Source: a candidate division WOR-3 bacterium (GTDB lineage Bacteria > Hydrothermota > Tepidihabitantia > Tepidihabitantales > Tepidihabitantaceae). Taken from it: a stretch of 64,000 nt of DNA. Positions 37,752-48,987 of the stretch are shown piece by piece (the stretch's first letter is position 1; the number at the start of each line of letters is the position of its first letter). The stretch lies in assembly GCA_965648905.1 (NCBI GenBank), contig CBFGIT010000001.1:128001-192000 (forward strand). The letters run 5' to 3'. The notes under the pieces are model-generated. The model was not told where the DNA came from and ran no database searches. It was given only the letters and a program-made list of their open reading frames with translations. Both the position numbers and the translations under genes were made by a program.

Positions 37752-39921
37752 AAGTCTGCGTTACTACTGGGACGTCATCACCAGACGTTTGTGGCTGCTT
37801 ATCGGTATCTTTGCCGGTGTCGCCGCGGTCGTTTTCATCGGCGGCGCCCGGCAGCGACCTCTCTACCGCTCGAGCGCAACCCTGCTCGTCAGCCAGGACG
37901 GAGTGTCAACCGACCCGATGCAGTTGTTCGGGACGACCGCCAGCCTGGCCAAACGACCGATCCTGGTCAACCACATCGAGATCCTCAAGAGCTACGCCAT
38001 CGCCCGTATGGTCGCCGACGCACTGCCCGACACCCTCCGCGAACAACTCCGCCGGGCCGACCGGCATGACGCGGCCCTCTACCTTCAGCGCTCGCTCACT
38101 GTCCGACCCGTACGCGACGCCGACATCATCAACTTGAGCGTTCTCGCCCCAAACCCGGTCCTTGCCTGCGCACTCGCTGCCGCCTATGTCGACGCCTATC
38201 GCGCCTTCAACCTCAACCGCAGCCGGGCGGACGTCAGCGCGATCCGCGAATTCGTCGGTGCCCAGCTCGAACTGGTCAGCGCCCGGCTCGATTCCGCCGA
38301 GGCGAGACTGGAGCAGTTCAAGAGCACCCACCGAATAACCGGGCTCGAACACGAAACCCGGGCCGCCGTCGACCGGCAGACCCAGGTCATCGCCCTCTAC
38401 GAACGCAACCGGGCCGAACGGGCCGGTATCGATGAAGAACTCGCCTGGCTCCGCCGCCGCCTCGACAGCCTCGGCGCCTCTGCCCGACTCCAAGACCTCG
38501 CCGCACCCATGGTGACCGACCTGCGCCGCGAACTGGCCCGGCTCGAAGTCGAGCGCACCGGCCTCCTGGTTCAGGGCTACGACCCGTCAAGCCCGCGCGT
38601 CATTCGGCTGACCGAACAGGAAAGGACGCTCAAGCGTCGCCTCGAACAGGAACTCAGCAGCCTGATCACCGCTGCCGGCACTGACGACCCGGCGGCTCGG
38701 GTCAGCGTCCTTATGAACCGCATCGCCGAGCTGGAACCAGAGCGTGAGCGGCTGCGTGCGGCCGAAGGCGCTTTGGCCGGAGTCGTCGCCGCCTATGACG
38801 GCGAGTTGCGCTCCCTGCCCGGGCAGGAACGGTCTCTGGCTCGGCTCACGCGCGAGGTCGAGGTCGGCCGTCAGGTCCACATGCTGCTGGCCCAGCGCCA
38901 CGAGGAGGCACGGATTCAGGAAGCCGGACGCCTCTCCGCGGTCGGATTGGTCGACCAGCCCCGGACCGGCGCCCGCGTCCGACCCAACCACAGGAACAAC
39001 GCCCTGCTTGCCCTGCTCCTCGCGGTCATGATCTCATTCGGCACGGTCCTCACGGTCGACTACCTTGACACAACCGTGCGCCGGCCCGAGGACCTCGAAC
39101 GCCAGGGCTTCTCGGTCCTTGCCTCGGTTCCGCGCATTGCGCCGACCACGCCGGTTCAGCCGGTCCCGCTGGCAGTCAGTGACCCGGCGGCCCCGCCGGT
39201 CGAGGCGTTCCGCGTACTCCGCACCAACCTCCAGTTTGCTGGCTCAGGCCGGGCCCTGAAGACCATCATCGTCACCTCGCCGGGCGCAGGCGAGGGCAAG
39301 TCCACGGTCGCCTCAAACCTCGCCTCGGTCATGGCTCAGGCCGGCCGCCGGGTCCTCCTCATCGACGCCGACCTCAGACGCCCCAAACAGCACACCATCT
39401 TCGGCCGGCACAAGAAACCCGGGCTCACCGACACGGTCATGCTCGGCGCATCATTCGACCAGGCCCGCCTCCGCGTCCCGGTCCACGTCACCACGCCCGA
39501 ACCCATCACCCCTCACTCCTCACTCATCACTCATGACTCCTCGGGCCTCCTCGACGTGCTCTTCGCCGGGACCATGCCGCCCTCGCCGGTCGACTTCCTC
39601 AACTCGCCGGTCCTCCACGACCACCTCCGGCGCCTCGCCGACCAGTACGACGCGTTGGTCATCGATACCCCACCGGTCCTGGTCTCAGCCGATGCCGCGG
39701 TCCTTGCCGCCCGGGCCGATGGCGTCGTCCTCGTTGCCCGGATGTCAAGAACCGACTGGCGGGCCCTTGACGAAGCCCGCCGACTGCTCCTTCAGGCCGG
39801 GGCGCACACCCTCGGGGTCACGGCCAACGACCTCAGCCTGAGCCGCGGCTACGGCTATGCCCGATACCGCTACTACCATTACCGCTCAGCCGAGCGACCC
39901 GCGCTCGCGGTCAATCCCTAG
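37738..39921 (+). CDS. wzc: Wzc-type polysaccharide co-polymerase / tyrosine autokinase
   Basis: TM-coiled coil-TM; GAGEGKST, IDADLRRP, IDTPP; C-terminal Tyr cluster GYGYARYRYYHY. GGAGG RBS before ATG 37738. Confidence 0.85.
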   Translation: MQQDRSLRYYWDVITRRLWLLIGIFAGVAAVVFIGGARQRPLYRSSATLLVSQDGVSTDPMQLFGTTASLAKRPILVNHIEILKSYAIARMVADALPDTLREQLRRADRHDAALYLQRSLTVRPVRDADIINLSVLAPNPVLACALAAAYVDAYRAFNLNRSRADVSAIREFVGAQLELVSARLDSAEARLEQFKSTHRITGLEHETRAAVDRQTQVIALYERNRAERAGIDEELAWLRRRLDSLGASARLQDLAAPMVTDLRRELARLEVERTGLLVQGYDPSSPRVIRLTEQERTLKRRLEQELSSLITAAGTDDPAARVSVLMNRIAELEPERERLRAAEGALAGVVAAYDGELRSLPGQERSLARLTREVEVGRQVHMLLAQRHEEARIQEAGRLSAVGLVDQPRTGARVRPNHRNNALLALLLAVMISFGTVLTVDYLDTTVRRPEDLERQGFSVLASVPRIAPTTPVQPVPLAVSDPAAPPVEAFRVLRTNLQFAGSGRALKTIIVTSPGAGEGKSTVASNLASVMAQAGRRVLLIDADLRRPKQHTIFGRHKKPGLTDTVMLGASFDQARLRVPVHVTTPEPITPHSSLITHDSSGLLDVLFAGTMPPSPVDFLNSPVLHDHLRRLADQYDALVIDTPPVLVSADAAVLAARADGVVLVARMSRTDWRALDEARRLLLQAGAHTLGVTANDLSLSRGYGYARYRYYHYRSAERPALAVNP

Positions 39922-40256
39922 CTCTTCGCGGCCGGAAGATGCGGCTCAATCCTGGCGGTCAGCGCCGGCTCCGGGGCAAACCCGACCATGCGCTCTACTT
40001 CTTTGCCGTCTTTGAAGATTATCAGAGTTGGAATGCCGTGGATGTTGTACCGGCCCGGCGTGTCCGGCGCCTCGTCGGTGTTCAGCTTGCAGACCTTGAG
40101 CCGGCCCTGGTAACGCTCAGCCAGCTTTTCAACGACCGGCGCAATCATCTTGCAGGGCCCGCACCACGGTGCCCAGAAGTCGACCAGTACCGTCTCAGTC
40201 GACTTGATTACCTCGGACTCGAACGTGCCGTCATTGACGTGTCGAACTTCAGCCAT
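39918..40256 (-). CDS. trxA: Thioredoxin
   Basis: VDFWAPWCGPCK, IPTL. Confidence 0.95.
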   Translation of the reverse strand: MAEVRHVNDGTFESEVIKSTETVLVDFWAPWCGPCKMIAPVVEKLAERYQGRLKVCKLNTDEAPDTPGRYNIHGIPTLIIFKDGKEVERMVGFAPEPALTARIEPHLPAAKS

Positions 40257-40512
40257 TCTTCTTTTCCTCCTCAGCTATTCGGACGAGCAGCCGGACCAAC
40301 TGCGAAAGCCGCGGCCGCGCCAACTTGTAACAAACCTGGTTACCATTACGCTCGCACAAGACCAGACCCGAGGCCCGCAACACGGCAAGCTGCTGCGACA
40401 CGGTTGCCTGAGCCGCGCCCAGACACTCGGTAATGCGCTTCACGTTGCAGCTCTGCTGCATGAGATAGGCAACAATCTGCAACCGGAGCGGATGACCGAG
40501 CGCCTTCAGCAT
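40249..40512 (-). CDS. ArsR/SmtB-family regulator; true start may lie further upstream
   Basis: KALGHPLRLQI...SQQLAVLR...GLV...R.G...Y. Confidence 0.85.
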   Translation of the reverse strand: MLKALGHPLRLQIVAYLMQQSCNVKRITECLGAAQATVSQQLAVLRASGLVLCERNGNQVCYKLARPRLSQLVRLLVRIAEEEKKNG

Positions 40513-40612
40513 CGGCGCGAGGCTCCGGGCCTGTTCCTGGTTGATGCAATATTCGATAATATCTATAGACCGTTTCCCCGGTGTCCGGGATTCTTTCGCG
40601 CCGGGTCGCGGA

Positions 40613-40894
40613 CTAGAACTTGTACCAGAGATAGGCCGCCAGCGCGACCAGCAGGACCGCCACTGTTGTCACCGACAAGGATACCCCAACCGTGAAAGTC
40701 GCAAAACCGAGATTGACCGTCAGGTTCGGCACGCCGATGGGCAGGGCCTTGAAGAAGAAGTCCCGCACCGGCCCTGAGGGAAACAGCCCGGCCAGAAAAT
40801 ACGACACGACACTGCCCGATACACCGGCAACAAACACGGCGAGCACGAGCAGACCGACCGAGCGACCGCCGGCAGCAGGTGTGCGGGTTCTCAT
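40613..40894 (-). CDS. Small membrane protein (DUF4321-like)
   Basis: Two hydrophobic segments around GPVRDFF...NLGFATFTVG. Confidence 0.65.
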   Translation of the reverse strand: MRTRTPAAGGRSVGLLVLAVFVAGVSGSVVSYFLAGLFPSGPVRDFFFKALPIGVPNLTVNLGFATFTVGVSLSVTTVAVLLVALAAYLWYKF

Positions 40895-40939
40895 GAACTG
40901 ACCGCCGATAATACCAAGCGACGGCCAGGAATCAAGCGC

Positions 40940-41929
40940 CTACGCCAGGACCAGGTCGGCCGGCCGACCGCACCGGCTGCATCGACCGTCGACGACACCG
41001 GTGACCCGACCCCGGTACTGGCTGCGTTCCACCAGACAATTGGAGCAGGCCGGGCAGAAGGTATCGCGGTCTGCCGGACCCGCGACCACATTACCCAGGT
41101 ACACATAGTGCAGTTTCTGCCGGCCGATTCGAGCAGCGCGAACCAGGGTCTCCGCCGGTGTGGACCGAGTGGTTTCACGATGGCGCGGGAAGTAGCGTGA
41201 GAAATGCAGCACGGTGTTCGACCCCAGGCCGGCAACGAAGTCGACGAGGTCACGGATTTCCTCATCTGAGTCGTTGCGACCCGGAACCAGCAGATTGGTC
41301 AGCTCAACGTGGCAGGACTGACGGGCGGCCCGGATCGTGTCAAGCACGGCCTCGAGGTCACCCTTGACATAGTCGCGGTAGAACTCCGGCCGGATTGATT
41401 TCAGGTCGATGTTCATCGCGTCGACAAGCGGCAGGAGTTCAGCCAGCGGCTCAGGACTGATCATGCCGTTGGTCACGAGCACGGTCTTGAATCCGGCGTC
41501 CTCAAGCAGCCGGGCCGAATCGACCACATACTCAAACCATGTCAGCGGCTCGCTGTAGGTGTAGGAAACCGCCCCGGTCCCGGACTTGCGCGCCAGAGCA
41601 AGCAGCTCATCCGGGGCGACGACCTTCGACCGGGCCTGTTGCTGCGATATCTCAGCGTTCTGGCAGAACGGACAGCGCAGGTTACAGCCGTAGGTCGCAA
41701 CCGAGAGAATGTCGGAACCGGGAAGGAAATGGTAGAGCGGCTTCTTCTCAATCGGGTCCACGCCGAGAGAAACCACTTCCCCGTAGTTCATCGCGTACAG
41801 CGTCCCCTCCTCGTTGACCCGACCAAGACAGCGACCCTTCCTGCCCGGGGCAACAAGACACTGGTTCGGGCATAGCTGGCAACGTACACCGTCCTGTTCT
41901 CGAATCCAGTGGCGAGCCCTGACGCGCAT
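40940..41929 (-). CDS. amrS: AmmeMemoRadiSam system radical SAM enzyme
   Basis: CQLCPNQC, DPIEKKPLYHF, GCNLRCPFCQN; start moved to ATG 41929. Confidence 0.9.
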   Translation of the reverse strand: MRVRARHWIREQDGVRCQLCPNQCLVAPGRKGRCLGRVNEEGTLYAMNYGEVVSLGVDPIEKKPLYHFLPGSDILSVATYGCNLRCPFCQNAEISQQQARSKVVAPDELLALARKSGTGAVSYTYSEPLTWFEYVVDSARLLEDAGFKTVLVTNGMISPEPLAELLPLVDAMNIDLKSIRPEFYRDYVKGDLEAVLDTIRAARQSCHVELTNLLVPGRNDSDEEIRDLVDFVAGLGSNTVLHFSRYFPRHRETTRSTPAETLVRAARIGRQKLHYVYLGNVVAGPADRDTFCPACSNCLVERSQYRGRVTGVVDGRCSRCGRPADLVLA

Positions 41930-42016
41930 CGCTCCAGCATACCCGACGTTGCGGCCTGGTGCAAGGAGAAGCGCCGGTTTGACGCCTAACCATGCTGCTG
42001 CTACAATCGCAAGCCG

Positions 42017-43402
42017 ATGAAGCTGTTCAACACCCTGACGCGCCGCCGAGAGGAACTGGACCCGCTGACTCCAGGCAAGGTCGGCATCTACACCTGCGGT
42101 CCGACTGTCTACATGTTTGCCCATGTCGGCAACTTCCGTGCCTATGTCTTCGCCGACACGCTCCGCCGCTCACTGGAATATCTCGGTTACGAAGTCAGCC
42201 ACGTCATGAACATCACCGATGTCGGGCACCTGACGTCCGACGAGGATACCGGCGAGGACAAACTGGAGAAGGGCGCTCGGGCTGAGGGCAAGACCCCGGA
42301 AGAAATCGCCCGGTTCTACGAGAAGGCGTTCTGGGCCGACAGCGAACGGCTCAACATCCTCAGGCCCCATATCATCTGTCGGGCGACCGACCACATCGCA
42401 GACATGGTCGAGTTCATCCGCCGCATCGAGGCAAACGGATTTGCCTACCGGACCAGCGTCGGACTGATATTCGACACCGGAAAGTACCCGGACTACGCCC
42501 GACTTGCTCGACTCAACCTCGCCGAGCAACAGGCCGGCGCCCGGGTCAAAATCGACCCTGAACGCCGCAACCCGTCCGACTTCGCCCTCTGGATAACGAA
42601 CCAGCCCCGGCATCTTATGCAGTGGGACTCGCCCTGGGGCCGAGGATTCCCGGGCTGGCACGTCGAATGCTCGGCCATGTCAATCAGGTATCTGGGCGAG
42701 CGGTTTGATATCCACACCGGCGGCATCGACCATATCCCGGTGCACCACACCAACGAACGAGCCCAGAACTTCGCCGCCACCGGACACGAAGTCGTCAACT
42801 ACTGGATGCACAACGCCTTCCTGACCGTCGGCGACAGCCGGATGGGCAAATCCGAAGGCAACCTTGTGACGCTTGCCGAGCTGACCCGGCAGGGCATCCA
42901 TCCGGCCGACTTCCGATACCTCTGTCACACTGCCCTCTACCGCATGCCCTTGAGCTTCACGCTCGAATCACTCAAGAGCGCCCAGAACTCCCTCCGCAGC
43001 CTCATCGACTTCGGCCGCACCGCCCAGACCTGGAATGAAAGTGATGGTTCCTGGCTTCGGCCCTGGCAGGATGAGTTCCGCGCGGCGATCGCCGACGACC
43101 TGAACGTGCCTCAGGCTCTGGCCGTGGTCTGGAACGTCGTGCGCGAAGCCAACCGGCGCCAGGACCAGAGCGCCTGGCACGCTATCCTTCACTTCGACCG
43201 GGTCCTCGGACTCGGCCTCGAACGCCTGGCCACCGACCAGCACCCGGTCCCGGCAGAAGTCCTCAAGCTCCTCGAAGAACGCCAGGCTGCGCGTCAGGCC
43301 CGCGACTGGGCTGCATCTGACCGGTTACGCTCGCGTATCGCCCAACTCGGCTTCCTGGTCGAAGACACGCCCCAAGGCCCGCGGGTCAAACCGCGTCCTT
43401 GA
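42017..43402 (+). CDS. cysS: Cysteine--tRNA ligase
   Basis: YTCGPTVY, HVGN, PGWHVECSAM, GGIDH, RMGKS. Confidence 0.95.
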   Translation: MKLFNTLTRRREELDPLTPGKVGIYTCGPTVYMFAHVGNFRAYVFADTLRRSLEYLGYEVSHVMNITDVGHLTSDEDTGEDKLEKGARAEGKTPEEIARFYEKAFWADSERLNILRPHIICRATDHIADMVEFIRRIEANGFAYRTSVGLIFDTGKYPDYARLARLNLAEQQAGARVKIDPERRNPSDFALWITNQPRHLMQWDSPWGRGFPGWHVECSAMSIRYLGERFDIHTGGIDHIPVHHTNERAQNFAATGHEVVNYWMHNAFLTVGDSRMGKSEGNLVTLAELTRQGIHPADFRYLCHTALYRMPLSFTLESLKSAQNSLRSLIDFGRTAQTWNESDGSWLRPWQDEFRAAIADDLNVPQALAVVWNVVREANRRQDQSAWHAILHFDRVLGLGLERLATDQHPVPAEVLKLLEERQAARQARDWAASDRLRSRIAQLGFLVEDTPQGPRVKPRP

Positions 43403-43500
43403 CTTGGCGCGACCCTGCCCTATCATTAGCAGCGTGAGTTGAAGTCAGGAGTCCGGGGTTCGAAGCACAAGACCCTGATTCCTCGAACTCCTTGTTGGTC

Positions 43501-43573
<73 letters not shown>

Positions 43574-43583
43574 CTCCTCTGCC

Positions 43584-44468
43584 GTGAGTCGCAAGTCAAC
43601 CGTCATGCTTGTTGTGGCCGGAGTTCTGTCCGGCTTGGTTATGTTCGTGTTGTTCCTGACGGTCATTGCCACACAGGCCGGTGCCGGACCGGATGCCGTG
43701 GCCGGCTGGCGCAAGGGGCTCGGCTACGTTGAAATTGAGGGCACGATTGTCGACGCGACCGAGACCGTCCGTCAGCTCAAGTGGCTCGAACGGCAACCTC
43801 AGGTCAAGGGCATCCTGCTGCGTGTTGACTCGCCCGGCGGCGTCGTCACCCCCTCGCACGAAATCTACTCGGAAGTCGCCCGCATCAGCAACGAAGGCAA
43901 ACCGGTGATCGTCTCGATGGGCACGATTGCCGCCTCCGGCGCCTACTACATCTCGGCCCCGGCCGACCTGATTGTCGCCAGCCCCCAGACCCTGACCGGT
44001 TCCATCGGTGTGATCATGGAATTCCCGGTTGTCAAAGGCCTGATGGACAAACTCGGCCTCAAAGTCGAGGTCGTCAAGTCGCGCGACCAAAAAGACATCG
44101 GCTCACCCTTCCGGGACATGACCTCGCGGGACCGCGAACTCCTCCAGGGCGTTGTCACCGACGCCTATGAGCAGTTCGTCGAAGTCGTCAGCGCATCACG
44201 GAACATTCCTGAAGACAGCGTGAGACTGATTGCCGACGGCCGGATCATGACCGGCCGACAGGCCTTGGCGCTCGGTCTGGTGGATACACTCGGCACATTC
44301 GAAGATGCGAAGCGCATCGCGGCCGACCTGTGCGGCATTGAAGGTGAACCCCGACTCATCCGCCCGACTCGTCGAATGAGCTTCCTTGTTCGGCAACTGC
44401 TGGAGGGAACTACGGAAAACCTGCTCGGCGGGCTTAGGTTCCCGCGCCTGCGCTATGTCTACTACTAG
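43584..44468 (+). CDS. sppA: Signal peptide peptidase SppA (short type)
   Basis: RVDSPGG, AASGAYY, TGSIGV, DGRIMTGRQA. Confidence 0.9.
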   Translation: MSRKSTVMLVVAGVLSGLVMFVLFLTVIATQAGAGPDAVAGWRKGLGYVEIEGTIVDATETVRQLKWLERQPQVKGILLRVDSPGGVVTPSHEIYSEVARISNEGKPVIVSMGTIAASGAYYISAPADLIVASPQTLTGSIGVIMEFPVVKGLMDKLGLKVEVVKSRDQKDIGSPFRDMTSRDRELLQGVVTDAYEQFVEVVSASRNIPEDSVRLIADGRIMTGRQALALGLVDTLGTFEDAKRIAADLCGIEGEPRLIRPTRRMSFLVRQLLEGTTENLLGGLRFPRLRYVYY

Positions 44469-44509
44469 GCCAGTGGCCGGGCGGGCGCGCAGCCCGCTGC
44501 AGGTCTGGC

Positions 44510-44905
44510 CTACATGTTTGGCGGCCTAGAGCTGGCGCCCTTGGCAGCGAGTTCCAGCGCCCGCCGCGCGCGGCGCAGCGACTCCTTCACTTCCCTGAGC
44601 TGTGCCTCGCCCTGCTTCAGGTCGCCTGTCTGCCGCACCTGGCCGAGCTTGGTTCGCGCCTCAGCCAGCAGCCGGTCCGCCTCAGCCGCCTTAGCAACGT
44701 CAAACCCGGCTGCCGTGCCGCTCCGCACTGCCACCAGCTTCGCAGCCAACCGGTTAAGCTGAACCTCGGTCTGATCCGCGGCCCGACTCAGCCGCTCCGC
44801 CGTCACTCTCGGTGTGCCCGGCACCCTCGGTTTGGTCAGAATGAACAAAACCGCAGCGAGCGCAAGAACGCCGACCACGAGCCAGACAACAACCCTACTC
44901 TTCAA
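44510..44905 (-). CDS. Membrane-anchored helical protein, paralog of 45169-45567
   Basis: TTG 44905 with AGGAGG RBS; KSRVVVWLVVGVL TM, then helical region. Confidence 0.65.
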   Translation of the reverse strand: MKSRVVVWLVVGVLALAAVLFILTKPRVPGTPRVTAERLSRAADQTEVQLNRLAAKLVAVRSGTAAGFDVAKAAEADRLLAEARTKLGQVRQTGDLKQGEAQLREVKESLRRARRALELAAKGASSRPPNM

Positions 44906-45168
44906 ACCAGCCTCCTTTCTGTTCTGCTCGTTCTTCCAACTCCTTGCCACGGCTGGTAACTGGAAGGCGCCCGGCACCCATGATACTCATGCCGGTTGAC
45001 CTCAACCGTTTCAAACGAGGCTCTAGCGGAATTACGACAGGACATTGCCAAGTATAGACGTCATCGCCACAGCGTCAAGGCTTGATGGCCCGTCGGTGCT
45101 TCGTGCCGACGGCGCAGGCTGGAGCCGGTCGACCGGGCCGGCTCCAGCCGACGCTTCAGACGACGGAA

Positions 45169-45567
45169 CTAATCTTCGTCCGAACCGCCTTCACCTCCCG
45201 CTGCTCTCAGCATCTTGCGTGCCTCCGCAAGGTCATTCTTAATCTGCTCCATCTTGGGAAGCCACTGAGTCTGGTCGGTGATGCCCTGGAGTTCCTGCAT
45301 TCCGGCTCTCACCTTGGCGACCTGCTCGTCGACCTTCGCGAAGGCCGCCGGGTCACCGCCCTTGCTTCGGGCGGCTTCGATGCGGTGCTCGAACTTCACG
45401 AGCCGGCTCTCCATCCGATTGACGAACGCGGGGATGTCTTCGGCCGCCACGGCCCGCTTGCCGCTCGGCGTGCCCTTCCGACCGACGATTAGAAACACGA
45501 CTGCGATTACGACCAGGATGCCGACGATTGTCCAGATGACAACTCGGCTCTTGCTGCCTTGTGCCAT
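45169..45567 (-). CDS. Membrane-anchored helical protein
   Basis: AGGAGG RBS; KSRVVIWTIVGIL TM, then coiled coil. Confidence 0.7.
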   Translation of the reverse strand: MAQGSKSRVVIWTIVGILVVIAVVFLIVGRKGTPSGKRAVAAEDIPAFVNRMESRLVKFEHRIEAARSKGGDPAAFAKVDEQVAKVRAGMQELQGITDQTQWLPKMEQIKNDLAEARKMLRAAGGEGGSDED

Positions 45568-45737
45568 TGCTCCTCCTTAGTTTGAGCTCGAACTAGGTAC
45601 GGTGTCCCTGGCCTGGGCACCGCCCTCTTGCGCCGCCCGAGCCCGGCCCGCGCCGCACCGGACCGGGCAGACCCGGTCGGCCGCGCGCTGCCGAGCTGAC
45701 GGCATTTCTGCGGACAATGCCACGCTGCGGTCAGTCA

Positions 45738-48728
<2,991 letters not shown>

Positions 48729-48874
48729 TCCCCGAACAAGGGTATAATGTTACTCAGGCCGGCGTGGATGTCAAAGAACGCGCCCGGCCGTTGCCGGTTC
48801 ATCGACGACACCGCTCGGTATTGCTTGACTGACGCCGGGATACGAATAACATCACTCCACAAAAAGGAGGTCTG

Positions 48875-48940
48875 ATGCCTTGCGCAAAGCGCGGTGTGAA
48901 GAAAACCGCCAAGAAGACCGCAAAGAAAAAGAAGAAGTAG
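48875..48940 (+). CDS. 21-aa Lys-rich peptide; not in ORF track
   Basis: AAGGAGG RBS; MPCAKRGVKKTAKKTAKKKKK*; upstream TTGACT-N16-TAACAT; downstream hairpin. Confidence 0.6.
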   Translation: MPCAKRGVKKTAKKTAKKKKK

Positions 48941-48987
48941 CCTCCGGCTGACTTCCGGGAGGGGCGCCTGTGCGCCCCTTCTTCGTC

